Shown here in pieces: positions 19,254 to 28,625 of a stretch of 64,000 bases of DNA (position 1 is the stretch's first letter; every line of letters begins with the position of its first letter). This stretch comes from a virus. The translations under genes were made by a program, and so were the position numbers. The notes under the pieces were generated by a model. The model did not search any database. It was not told the DNA's origin and was given only the letters and a program-made list of their open reading frames with translations. The stretch is taken from the IMG/VR virus record IMGVR_UViG_3300037804_000399, positions 1 through 64,000 of that record; one strand, 5' to 3'.

Positions 19254-19508
19254 ATGGAAGATCAAAAGAAACTTATTATGGAAGCTTATCAGGGCATGGT
19301 AACTGAGAATGTTTCAGTGAATGCTCAAATTGGAGATGAATGGGAAGCTAAAGATAAAACTCTTCAAATTAAAGTTACACATATTTCAGATGATGAAATA
19401 ATTGTAAGTGATATTGCAACCGGTCAGCGTTACGTTACAGACGACCTACATTTAAATATTGAATATGATTTAATGTTACGTGATGGAAAAGTTGTAAAAG
19501 AGAATTAA
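19254..19508 (+). CDS. Small protein with IMEAY leader
   Basis: MEDQKKLIMEAYQGMVTE; has its own promoter and terminator. Confidence 0.6.
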   Translation: MEDQKKLIMEAYQGMVTENVSVNAQIGDEWEAKDKTLQIKVTHISDDEIIVSDIATGQRYVTDDLHLNIEYDLMLRDGKVVKEN

Positions 19509-19529
19509 TTTTTATCTCATTATTATTTT

Positions 19530-19563
19530 AAAAGAGAAGTCCTTAAAAGACTTCTCTTTTTTT
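19530..19563 (+). terminator. Intrinsic terminator
   Basis: AAAAGAGAAGTC-CTTAAAA-GACTTCTCTTTTTTT. Confidence 0.85.
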
Positions 19564-19628
19564 GTGTCCTGATATTAAATTGTTGTTATAATTTATGATA
19601 ATATATCAAACTAATACAAGGAACAACT

Positions 19629-20000
19629 ATGGTATATGTAACCACCACTTCAGTAATAATGACTCTTCAGAAAGAACTCGTTCATCAATGGGTTGATTGT
19701 GATCTCGAAGGTGTTGAATTTTTACAACATCCACACCGACACATGTTTCATATTGAAGCAGAAGTTGTAGTTGGAAAGAATGATGACTCGAGAGAGATTG
19801 AAATCATTCTTTGTAAGAGAGCTATAGAGAAATATATAGATGATACTTATCCTGATGGAAATATGAAGAATACAAGCTGTGAAGTATTAGCTCATAATAT
19901 TGGAATGTTCCTACACGAAACATACAATTCAAATTGGATCAGAGTAAAGGTTCTTGAAGATGGAGAGAATGGAAGCAACTGTACTTTGGAGTTTAGTTAA
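19629..20000 (+). CDS. QueD/PTPS-like T-fold protein (second copy, phage type)
   Basis: H.W, FL.HPHRH.FH, REIE, SCE.LA, V.EDGENG. Confidence 0.7.
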   Translation: MVYVTTTSVIMTLQKELVHQWVDCDLEGVEFLQHPHRHMFHIEAEVVVGKNDDSREIEIILCKRAIEKYIDDTYPDGNMKNTSCEVLAHNIGMFLHETYNSNWIRVKVLEDGENGSNCTLEFS

Positions 20001-20005
20001 AACAC

Positions 20006-20488
20006 ATGAAGAAATCTAAATTATGTAAAATGTTAAATCTTATGGTTGACGATAAAACAAAAATCATTTGCGGATTTCCAGGTGTGGGAAAAAGTTATTT
20101 ATTTTCAAACGAATTCAAAGACTTAAAAATACAGGATTCTGATTCCAGTACTTTTGATAAAAAAGATTTTCCTAAAAACTATATTGATCATATTAAAAGT
20201 CAAATAGGACATCTTGATGTCCATTTAGTATCTACTCATAATGATGTGATAGCTGGATTAATCAACGAAGGACTTTCTTTTTCAATAGTGTATCCTGATA
20301 TATCATTGAAGGATGAATACCTAAAACGATATGTTGACAGGGGAAGCCCAGAAGGGTTTGTCAAACTACTTGATGAACAATGGGATAATTTTATCGGTGA
20401 CATAGAATCAATACAAAATTTAAACGTTATTTTAATAAAATTATCTAAAGGTCAATATCTTAAAGATGTATTAAAGGATATATTATAA
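20006..20488 (+). CDS. P-loop kinase-like protein
   Basis: IICGFPGVGKS, DSDSS, FP.NYI..I, R...RG. Confidence 0.7.
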   Translation: MKKSKLCKMLNLMVDDKTKIICGFPGVGKSYLFSNEFKDLKIQDSDSSTFDKKDFPKNYIDHIKSQIGHLDVHLVSTHNDVIAGLINEGLSFSIVYPDISLKDEYLKRYVDRGSPEGFVKLLDEQWDNFIGDIESIQNLNVILIKLSKGQYLKDVLKDIL

Positions 20489-20552
20489 CAATCTCTCAAT
20501 ATTTAATAATAAATATTGAACAAACAAAAACAAACATAGGAGTTAGAACCCC

Positions 20553-20723
20553 ATGGATGAAAATAAAGAAGGTACTTACGAAGTACTTGAAAAAGCAATG
20601 AAGCAATGTGCTACAATGGCAGCGGAACAAAAAGTAACATCACTTGCCGCTTTGCAATTATCACAAGCAGCTTGCAATCTTGCAAATACCATGAGTACCT
20701 ATCAAAGTATAAAACAAAACTAA
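20553..20723 (+). CDS. Small hypothetical protein (56 aa, not in ORF track)
   Basis: AGGAG RBS; MDENKEGTYEVLEKAMKQC...LQLSQAACNLANTMSTYQSIKQN*. Confidence 0.55.
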   Translation: MDENKEGTYEVLEKAMKQCATMAAEQKVTSLAALQLSQAACNLANTMSTYQSIKQN

Positions 20724-20728
20724 ATGAT

Positions 20729-20754
20729 TAATGGAGAGTGTACACTCTCCATTA
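20729..20754. terminator. Hairpin between convergent genes
   Basis: TAATGGAGAGTG-TA-CACTCTCCATTA. Confidence 0.55.
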
Positions 20755-20770
20755 CGGATAATTTTAAAGG

Positions 20771-21394
20771 TTAGTATTTAGATCCCTTTGAGTAATTGTC
20801 ATTTGCCCAAAGGGGTTGCAAGTTCGAGTAGTGGAAACATTCTCTTTGTTGGGACTCAATAGTTAGGTCATATGAATCGATTGGACGGATGTGATCAATA
20901 TGCCAACCATCTTGACCATAATTGTCCCAACTCATATCGTCAATAAATTGAGTTTCTAAATGAAGCTTCAATTCATTTAACGAGCATCCAATAAGTGCAT
21001 TTGAAGAATCTACCTTCTTGGTGTTTCGTAATAGTGAATGAAACCGTCCTCTTAGATTATGCATTGCTCTTTTTGATGGATCGCTTTTTATACGTTCCCA
21101 CCTAGTTTGATTATAGGTTTTTCCGTTCTTAAGTCTATATTCTTTGTTTCGTTTTAACATTTCATCTTTGTGCAAAGCATAAGTGTTCTTGCGATATTGT
21201 TTGACTTTGTCTGGGTTATTAATGGCCCAGTCCCTATTTTGTTGTAGCTTCTTGTCTTTGTTTTTTACCATCCACTTCTTTTCGTTTTGCTTCATGCACA
21301 ACTTACACACTCCTGCTCTACCATCTTTTAAATTCTTATTCTTGTAGAATGATGTTACTTCTTGATCAACTTTACATTTTGTACATGTTTTCAT
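20771..21394 (-). mobile_element. Free-standing HNH homing endonuclease
   Basis: MKTCTKCK...CKLC zinc ribbon; MSWDNYG..WHIDHIRP...NLQPLW..DN.SKG. It is opposite in orientation to the cluster and has a late promoter TATAAATA on the minus strand at 21412-21419. Confidence 0.85.
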
Positions 21395-21469
21395 AATAAT
21401 TCCTTTTCTTTTATTTATATTTAAATATATGGTTCGTCTGAGGATAATAAAATAAACACAGGAAATATT

Positions 21470-21796
21470 ATGATTACTCGAATTGATGAAATATGTAGTA
21501 ATAAAGAAATGATTACTGAAGAACGATATTTGGAAATTATCAAACCGCTTATGGATCTTTCTATTTCTCGTAATGAGAAATACGGTTCCAGTATCGAACA
21601 AATGGGAGATAAATCAATTGTTGAACTTATCATGATGAAATTAGTTCGTACTAAAAATATGATCGATGTACCAAATCCCGATCCAAAAGTTTATGATGAG
21701 ATTGGTGATAGTATAAACTATTTAGTTTACATCCTTAGAAGATTAAAGGATAATGGTATAGATATTGATACTGAAGATGGAACACATTTAACCTAA
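21470..21796 (+). CDS. DUF1599-like nucleotide-modification-associated (MazG-like helical) protein
   Basis: RN.KYG.S, K..R, D...D.INY. Confidence 0.6.
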   Translation: MITRIDEICSNKEMITEERYLEIIKPLMDLSISRNEKYGSSIEQMGDKSIVELIMMKLVRTKNMIDVPNPDPKVYDEIGDSINYLVYILRRLKDNGIDIDTEDGTHLT

Positions 21797-21805
21797 GGAT
21801 TCAAC

Positions 21806-22282
21806 ATGGAAATTATTAATAAGGATTTTGTTGGTGGCATGGTAATAGATAAAAACAATACTGTTTACAAATGTATTTCGTATTGTGATCAACCTACTAT
21901 AACTCTCGAAGATTTGGTAACTGGAAAACAAGTTACTCATGTTGTTGATTGTTTAAACATTCAGGAATTGGAATTGAATAGAATAGACAGACCAGTTGAA
22001 CAGTCAGAGTATTCTAATGAAGCATTTGAACACGATAGTGTAGAACAACTAGAAGCAACATTCAACTCTGATGCTCCAGACTTTAACTTCGTACCATATC
22101 TTCGACCAAATTTTAAAGTTGTTGCTAAAAAACTTGGAAGTCAACTAGGAGAATTTTGTGCAGCAGTAAAAGAACAAAGCATTGATTCTATTCAAAGATT
22201 CAACATGATAGGGGAAATAGAAATTAATGGAAAGATGTACGATAAGAACGATATTCAAATAATAAAAGAAGGAGTAAGCTAA
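21806..22282 (+). CDS. Hypothetical protein
   Basis: ORF with RBS. Confidence 0.5.
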   Translation: MEIINKDFVGGMVIDKNNTVYKCISYCDQPTITLEDLVTGKQVTHVVDCLNIQELELNRIDRPVEQSEYSNEAFEHDSVEQLEATFNSDAPDFNFVPYLRPNFKVVAKKLGSQLGEFCAAVKEQSIDSIQRFNMIGEIEINGKMYDKNDIQIIKEGVS

Positions 22283-22283
22283 T

Positions 22284-23027
22284 ATGTTATATTTACCTAT
22301 AGTGCCATTTGCAAATCTTGATATCTTAGATAGTTACGATACTGGATTGTGCTTAACTAATCTTTTTAAACAAAACAAATCATATGTTGATTATTATACA
22401 ACTAGAAAATGGAAACGGTTGATTGTTGATATGGGTACCTTTGAAGGTGATCCATCAACTCCAGAAGAAATTGCTGAATGTATTGATTTGTTTGATTTTG
22501 ATCTCATTGAGGAATTTATAGTTGTGTGTCCCGATGATCTTTATAACGGAGATGTTACTGTTAGTCAAACTAAACAATTCATCAAAGATTATTTAGGAAG
22601 ATGGCCAATTAGTTTTATGGCAGTTCCTCAAGGTAAAACTCTTGAAGAATATTTGGAATGTGCAACACAACTAGCTAAAATTGAAGAAATTGAGTTCTTT
22701 GGAATTTCAAGACTGTCAGCAGAAGATTGCACTACTGATAGATGTACTACTCTTAGAAGCGTGATGCCTATTTTAAAATACAAAAAAGTTCATATGCTTG
22801 GAATGAATAGTCCTTTGGAACCTATGTTTGCAAAACAGTGGAGTAACATAGAAAGTATTGATTCGTGTATGGCAGCTCTTTATGCTTTACATAGTAGAGA
22901 AGTTCCACTTACCTTTTCAAAAGGCGGAAGGATAAAAACTCCTCATGATTTGTTTACTCAAATATTAACTGATGATCAAATTGTAAAAGCTCATCAAAAT
23001 ATTAACAAACTTACCTCAGTCTGTTAA
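22284..23027 (+). CDS. TGT/DpdA-like transglycosylase (TIM barrel)
   Basis: LIVDMGTFE, V.PDD, MAVPQG, VHMLG, SIDS motifs; sits in a folE2/queD context. Confidence 0.7.
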   Translation: MLYLPIVPFANLDILDSYDTGLCLTNLFKQNKSYVDYYTTRKWKRLIVDMGTFEGDPSTPEEIAECIDLFDFDLIEEFIVVCPDDLYNGDVTVSQTKQFIKDYLGRWPISFMAVPQGKTLEEYLECATQLAKIEEIEFFGISRLSAEDCTTDRCTTLRSVMPILKYKKVHMLGMNSPLEPMFAKQWSNIESIDSCMAALYALHSREVPLTFSKGGRIKTPHDLFTQILTDDQIVKAHQNINKLTSVC

Positions 23028-23029
23028 AC

Positions 23030-23059
23030 AAAAAGGCCCTTCATTTGAAGGGCCTTTTT
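23030..23059. terminator. Bidirectional intrinsic terminator
   Basis: AAAAAGGCCCTTCA-TT-TGAAGGGCCTTTTT. Confidence 0.85.
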
Positions 23060-23061
23060 GT

Positions 23062-24135
23062 TTAAGACATTAAATCGTCATACTCGAGATCTAAAATATT
23101 TGATCTCTTTCCACCTCTTTGCTTTAAAGGGGTAGTTCTTGGAATGATTCCTCTTCCATAAATACCATCAGTCTTTGTAGCTTTTGATGCATTCCTTTCA
23201 AACTCAATCATTGGAAAATCACTAGGTTCAAAATCATCTAACGATTGTTGAATTTTAGAAGCCTTGATTGTTAATACTTCCCCATTCAATTCAAAATCGC
23301 TTTCAGTGAAACTGCGTTGTACAATTAATGCATCATCCTTTCCGAATGCCATGTCATAAATATCATTATCAGGATTACTAGGATCGAGTCCAGGATGGTT
23401 ATTAATGATTACTCGACTGTACGGCTTTCCGTTATCATCAAGCATTCTAAGAAGTCGTGGGTTTCCATCATCAGGAGTGAGATGTAAATTTTCAATTTCA
23501 CCTGCTTTTGCTTTTGTCATGAACGCAATAAATACATCTCTGTATCTTGTCATTACAGATTCCCATCTGAAGCCACCGTCTTTCTTAATCGAAATGTGGT
23601 TATTGACATCACCACTCGAAATAATATTAACATCTCCTTTCCAACCTTTACGTTCTCCTTCTTTACCGATATGAGTAACATCTGAAACATTCTCAATGGA
23701 AACTGTTTTATTATCAGCAACAAAATTAATAGTAAGATCGGGACGAGTATCAAGAGCTTGTTTAACAGCCTTGTAGAAAATTTGTTCATTGTCTATACCA
23801 CTTCCGCCTAAAAGAGATAGTGTTTTTGGTTTGTTAATAACATTAATACCTTCAGGTGAAACAAATCCACCTGCAGACGAACCAGTCATAACAGCATTTT
23901 TTTCAAACCCCATTTTTTCAAGTCCGCTGAATACTGCTGACCTATCATCAGATAATATAATTATAGTCCTTTTTGTGCCAGCAATAAAATCTTCTATTGG
24001 AATATTTAATTCTGTTGCGATAGACTGGGCCACTTGTTGTGCTTCGTCATTTAAATATGTAAACGGATGCTTTGCTTCGTTTAATATATTACTTTTTATT
24101 TTTTGACCGAGCTCTATTACTCTATTAAACTTCAT
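23062..24135 (-). CDS. Putative PD-(D/E)xK nuclease-like protein
   Basis: G..NE, KGDV.I...HISIKK motif; minus-strand late promoter TATAAATA at 24174-24181. Confidence 0.5.
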   Translation of the reverse strand: MKFNRVIELGQKIKSNILNEAKHPFTYLNDEAQQVAQSIATELNIPIEDFIAGTKRTIIILSDDRSAVFSGLEKMGFEKNAVMTGSSAGGFVSPEGINVINKPKTLSLLGGSGIDNEQIFYKAVKQALDTRPDLTINFVADNKTVSIENVSDVTHIGKEGERKGWKGDVNIISSGDVNNHISIKKDGGFRWESVMTRYRDVFIAFMTKAKAGEIENLHLTPDDGNPRLLRMLDDNGKPYSRVIINNHPGLDPSNPDNDIYDMAFGKDDALIVQRSFTESDFELNGEVLTIKASKIQQSLDDFEPSDFPMIEFERNASKATKTDGIYGRGIIPRTTPLKQRGGKRSNILDLEYDDLMS

Positions 24136-24254
24136 TTAGGGTCTCCGTGAGGGTTACAGTATATTCTATAGAATATTTATACTAACTGTCACTTTAAATT
24201 GGGTTTGATAATATTTAATTGTAAATAAATGCAACTACAAAAAGGACTACATGC

Positions 24255-25181
24255 ATGAAGTTTAGATCTTATCAAAAAGAGATTCATAATTCAACAGCTC
24301 AGGTTTTAGATTTGTTCAATAATATTATCATTGACAGACGAAATTCCAATGAAGATGTTTCAAAAGAAGTGAGTGTTCCTTGCTTTTATGGTCAACGTTC
24401 GCGTGTTTTAAAGAGCCTTGAAGATAAGAATAAAACAATTAAGCTACCACTTACATGTCTCACCGTCGGAGGAATTCAAAGAGACGCAAGTAGAGCTATT
24501 GACATTCACAAAGACCTTGTAAGTCAGAATGATCATGGATCTAAAAACCATTTAGAGATGCAACCAGTTCCTGTCAACATCACATATGATTTAGAATGTG
24601 TATCTAAATATCAACAAGACTTAGATCAAATCATTTCTAACTTTGTAGTATTTTTTAATCCATCAGTGTACATTACCATTCCACATCCTCACAAAACAGA
24701 CAAGCGATTAAAATATCCTGTCACTTGGAACGGAAGTGTAACATATGATCCTAACCCTACTATTCCGGAATCAACAGATGCTCGATGTACAGCAAAGACT
24801 TCATTTACTGTTAAGACTTGGTTCTTTACAGGACTTGAAGCAAACACTGATATGTTGAAACGTATTCATTCAATAAACTTTACACCTACTATGTATGAAG
24901 AAGATGGAGTAGCTGCCCTCCAACATTGGTACGCAGTTCCACCTGATATGACATTTGAAGAGTATGAAGGAAATATTGTACTCGGATTGATCAAACCAGA
25001 ATTTATTGACAAAATGACCTTAGTAGTTGGAACAAGTGGGTTGTGGTGTGTAGCCAAACAAGGTATGACTGTAAATATTCCGCCAGATATATTGGCCCAA
25101 CTAGAAGAACAAAATGCAGAATTTATTGTAACAAATGAATATAACTTATTAATAACAGCCCCTGAAGAAGGAAACCCCTAA
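24255..25181 (+). CDS. gp15: Tail terminator / sheath stabiliser gp15
   Basis: FNNI.I.R, VP..YG, LP, PVPVNI.Y.L...KYQ.D.DQI..N...FFNP, FTVKTW. Confidence 0.85.
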   Translation: MKFRSYQKEIHNSTAQVLDLFNNIIIDRRNSNEDVSKEVSVPCFYGQRSRVLKSLEDKNKTIKLPLTCLTVGGIQRDASRAIDIHKDLVSQNDHGSKNHLEMQPVPVNITYDLECVSKYQQDLDQIISNFVVFFNPSVYITIPHPHKTDKRLKYPVTWNGSVTYDPNPTIPESTDARCTAKTSFTVKTWFFTGLEANTDMLKRIHSINFTPTMYEEDGVAALQHWYAVPPDMTFEEYEGNIVLGLIKPEFIDKMTLVVGTSGLWCVAKQGMTVNIPPDILAQLEEQNAEFIVTNEYNLLITAPEEGNP

Positions 25182-25360
25182 TGAATGAATTTTTACAAAA
25201 CCAATGTGAGATAGAATTTTTCGATTATATTGAAGAAAACTTTGGATCTCTCGTTGACTTATCACAACAAGAGATTATATTAATACTAGAGCAAACAAAA
25301 GAACTAGAATTGGATTTAGATTTGTTAGCTCAGCAACTTTTCATTTACATAAACGGGTAA
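25181..25360 (+). CDS. Small hypothetical protein (59 aa, not in ORF track)
   Basis: TAATG-coupled to gp15; MNEFLQNQCEIEFFDY...FIYING*. Confidence 0.5.
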   Translation: MNEFLQNQCEIEFFDYIEENFGSLVDLSQQEIILILEQTKELELDLDLLAQQLFIYING

Positions 25361-25366
25361 TATAAT

Positions 25367-26968
25367 ATGAAGACCTTCAAACAATTTTTCGAAGACGAAA
25401 AGAAAAAGAAAGTAAACAAAGATTCTAGTAAAGGTCTTGACATCTCCATTAAACATCTTGAAAAAGAAATCAAGACTTTAGAACAAAAAGAAGCTTTCTT
25501 AAATGATGATATCATTGTTACTGAAAAGTTTGATGGTACAAAACTTACCTTGATTAGAACCTCTACTCCTAAGAGTAAAAATTATTCCGATAATTGGATT
25601 ATAGCTTACAAGGGTTCAATTATATCTGCTGCTGATGTCAGTAATTTAGATGCTGACAAAGTTAAGAAACAATCGATTGGTATATCCCAATATAAAATTG
25701 TTCATGACCACTTAAAAGAAATAAACTCCTCTCTTGACGATTCAATTATCATACCAGGTACAGAGTACTTTGTAGAGTTCATGCAACGAAAGGATACTTT
25801 AACACGTGAGTATGCTGAGCTACATGGAATGATTCTATTAAGCAAAGCACAAACTGATTATAAAGTTACTGGTACTCGTCTGCTATCTAATCCAAAAACT
25901 GAAATGACGTTTGATATTGATAAAGATTCTGAAGCATTGGAAATTCCTGCCCCTCCAAAAGTGTATCAAGGAAAGTCTGATTCGAAAGAAACTATTAGAA
26001 AGAATATTATTTCAGATTCCATGAAAGAAGTATATGATAACATAGACGACTTCGAAGAAACTACTGAAGGATTATTTGATGTAATGGTTAAATTGTTTCA
26101 AGAATACGATTCTGTATTTGGTGGAACACCAGAAGGTACAGTTATCAATACAACAGATGGAAAGATTTTAAAAGTTGTTCAGCAAGATCAGTATGATGCT
26201 GAAACAAGAAACGCTATCAAAAACAAATATCGTTACGATCATGAAACCATGCAACAGTATTGGGATTATGTTACAAAGTACGCTGAGAAAGTTCTTGATG
26301 GGATTGATAAAGAAAAATCCATTGAAGAAATGTTACATCAATTATCAGATGTTGTTCGAAATCAATCAACAGATTTTAATCCTCCCGATCCAGAAGGTAA
26401 GAGAGAAGATCAAATTCAAAGAGATGATCTTTACTTGACTACTAAGATGAGACTTGAAAAGCTCATGAAGGGAAATCGTTATGCAATGTTCATTGGTAGG
26501 TTCCAACCATCAACAGTTGCACATGAACAAATTGTTAGAGACGCACTCGATAGACCAGAAGTAGATGGAATGGTTATTGCAATTGTTGCAGGAGCTGCAT
26601 CTAGTAAAAATAAAGATCAAAATCCATTAACATATGAAGAACGTGTCGAACTTTGGGAAAAGGCTCTTAAAGATGTTACCAAACCAGTAGTGTTCTATAA
26701 ATTAAAGACTGGTTCGATTGGAGCAGCTGTTAGAGGGGTTCCGTATCCAGTGTTTTATATCCTAGCAGGAGAAGATCGTGCAGAGGGATATAGAAAGCAA
26801 ATGAAGGGCGATTTAATCGACCTAATAGAGATTCCTAGATCAGAGGAAGATGTCAGTGCTTCAAAGCTCAGAGCAGCCATTAAAAGCGGTGATTTTGATA
26901 CAGCAAAGACTCTCGGTGGATCATATATGGATGAAGAAACTTTTAAACAATTACAAACTAAAATTTAA
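25367..26968 (+). CDS. Fusion of an ATP-grasp ligase-like domain and a HIGH-family nucleotidyl(cytidylyl)transferase, with capsid-targeting-like leader
   Basis: MKTFKQFFEDE; TEKFDGT (KxDG), F.E, EG.V, K ligase motifs; GRFQP.T.AH, NPL.YEER, GEDR, SASKLR. Confidence 0.75.
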   Translation: MKTFKQFFEDEKKKKVNKDSSKGLDISIKHLEKEIKTLEQKEAFLNDDIIVTEKFDGTKLTLIRTSTPKSKNYSDNWIIAYKGSIISAADVSNLDADKVKKQSIGISQYKIVHDHLKEINSSLDDSIIIPGTEYFVEFMQRKDTLTREYAELHGMILLSKAQTDYKVTGTRLLSNPKTEMTFDIDKDSEALEIPAPPKVYQGKSDSKETIRKNIISDSMKEVYDNIDDFEETTEGLFDVMVKLFQEYDSVFGGTPEGTVINTTDGKILKVVQQDQYDAETRNAIKNKYRYDHETMQQYWDYVTKYAEKVLDGIDKEKSIEEMLHQLSDVVRNQSTDFNPPDPEGKREDQIQRDDLYLTTKMRLEKLMKGNRYAMFIGRFQPSTVAHEQIVRDALDRPEVDGMVIAIVAGAASSKNKDQNPLTYEERVELWEKALKDVTKPVVFYKLKTGSIGAAVRGVPYPVFYILAGEDRAEGYRKQMKGDLIDLIEIPRSEEDVSASKLRAAIKSGDFDTAKTLGGSYMDEETFKQLQTKI

Positions 26969-26975
26969 TTACACC

Positions 26976-27010
26976 TTGACTTATGAAGTTAAGGGTGTAT
27001 ATTATATAAA
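26976..27010 (+). promoter_or_regulatory. Early-type promoter TTGACT-N16-TATATT
   Basis: TTGACTTATGAAGTTAAGGGTGTATATTATATAAA. Confidence 0.7.
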
Positions 27011-27031
27011 AGGATCGAGGACTTTAAAATT

Positions 27032-27583
27032 ATGAATAAAGAAAAACAAAGTATCATGGAAGCTTATAACGCAATGATAAAAGAAGAACAATCTCCTGTT
27101 GCAATAAACCAATTTGTAGCTCTTGACATTCTAAAGAAGATGGTCAAATCAAAAGTTCTATCTGCTGCAGCTGCAAGGTTTTTGGACATAGGGACAAGTG
27201 GTCGGATACGTTTTGGAGGGGAGTCAAGTGCACAGGGAAGTATATTTGATCCTAACGAAGATTACTTGACTCATAAAACCGAATGGCCAAATCCTGCAGA
27301 CTATTGGTACAAAGAGTATGATTCTGAAAAGAGTGATTGGTTAGTTGAACCTAAAAAAATGATGAAACATATGAAAAAGTCAATGATAACTGCTCTTCGT
27401 ATTGCCAACAAGCAAGGAAGGATTGATGACTTGGAATTTATTAATGAAATTCTCGAGCAAGGCGCAGACGTTCAAAAATTTAATAAAAAGCTAGATGGAG
27501 ATGATCGCCGAGGTTTTCGAATGCTCGATCGATCTATGAATGATAGAGACATTGAAGACTTAACTTACAAAACCTGGAAATAA
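27032..27583 (+). CDS. IMEAY-leader hypothetical protein
   Basis: MNKEKQSIMEAYNAMIKEE. Confidence 0.6.
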   Translation: MNKEKQSIMEAYNAMIKEEQSPVAINQFVALDILKKMVKSKVLSAAAARFLDIGTSGRIRFGGESSAQGSIFDPNEDYLTHKTEWPNPADYWYKEYDSEKSDWLVEPKKMMKHMKKSMITALRIANKQGRIDDLEFINEILEQGADVQKFNKKLDGDDRRGFRMLDRSMNDRDIEDLTYKTWK

Positions 27584-27585
27584 TT

Positions 27586-28083
27586 ATGAAATATGAAAAG
27601 AAAGCAATCATGGAAGCTTATAACAAAGTTATAAGTGAAGATTTAGGTTATTCAACACAGTCCGATGTTATAGACTTTTTATATACGAGAAACTATCACT
27701 CTATTTTGGATCGTTTTGACAACCAAAGATTTCATTCAACTGATAGCATCATTGATTTTTTACAATCAACTGAATTACCAGAAGAAGATTTAGATAAAAT
27801 TATAGACATGATATCCCCAACAGTGAATGAAGGTTGGCAAGATGAAATTCCTGATAGAAGAGTTGTGTTTGACGAATATGAATTTGATGAACGACTTTCA
27901 ACGATGGAAGAAGAGGACGGCATTTACACTATAAAAAATTATATGATCACATGTGGAGAAGGAGATGAGCGATTAATTGTTTCGTCCCTCGATTCAAATA
28001 CCATGATGGTGAATTTTCTAAATGGAGAATCTGTTGCTATAGGTGAACAGGGTAACATACAAACTTGGAGACATTATGAATAA
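27586..28083 (+). CDS. IMEAY-leader hypothetical protein
   Basis: MKYEKKAIMEAYNKVISE. Confidence 0.6.
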   Translation: MKYEKKAIMEAYNKVISEDLGYSTQSDVIDFLYTRNYHSILDRFDNQRFHSTDSIIDFLQSTELPEEDLDKIIDMISPTVNEGWQDEIPDRRVVFDEYEFDERLSTMEEEDGIYTIKNYMITCGEGDERLIVSSLDSNTMMVNFLNGESVAIGEQGNIQTWRHYE

Positions 28084-28501
28084 TGAAAAACAATCAATTC
28101 ACGAAGCTTATATAAAAATGATGAAAGAAGCCGAAACTGTAGTTGATATAGATGATTACGTTGATGTTATTGTAAATGGTCTTCGTCAAGGTATGCAAGC
28201 TCTGACTCAAATGTTGTTAGAAGAAGCTAATATTGGAAAGTTCGAAAATTTCAAACCCGAATCAATAGCAAAACGTATAAACATGTTTGGATATGCAATC
28301 AACCGATTGGAAAATGCTGAAGATGATCGAAAGCAAAGAAGTATAATATGGGACATCATTAAAGGCGTTTCAGAAACTGATAGTTGGATTCTTAACAAGG
28401 AAGTTTATGGAGATAAAGTTGCTGATGTGGCAAGTACATTGTCATCAGCTAGAGGAGCTTTCGGTTTGAATTTAGATTGGAGCAAGCTAGGATACTTCTA
28501 A
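28076..28501 (+). CDS. IMEAY-leader hypothetical protein
   Basis: ATG at 28076 after GGAG gives MNNEKQSIHEAYIKMMKEAE. Confidence 0.6.
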   Translation: MNNEKQSIHEAYIKMMKEAETVVDIDDYVDVIVNGLRQGMQALTQMLLEEANIGKFENFKPESIAKRINMFGYAINRLENAEDDRKQRSIIWDIIKGVSETDSWILNKEVYGDKVADVASTLSSARGAFGLNLDWSKLGYF

Positions 28502-28538
28502 AAAGAATATTTCTACCTATAAAAGATATTGACATTAA

Positions 28539-28564
28539 AAAAAGCTCCTTTTAAGGAGCTTTTT
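28539..28564 (+). terminator. Intrinsic terminator
   Basis: AAAAGCTCCTT-TT-AAGGAGCTTTT. Confidence 0.75.
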
Positions 28565-28625
28565 CTTTTTACTTACAATTCCGTGTCCAACGTGGAGTAT
28601 ATGGGAAACAATCAAGGAGAACTAA

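Noticed and set aside
21395-21601. N-terminal extension of the HNH ORF, and upstream starts of ORFs 5040, 6923, 11052, 28043, 29105, 30051 and 36222
   Set aside because: They overlap neighbouring genes or promoters; downstream ATGs have an RBS or translational coupling.
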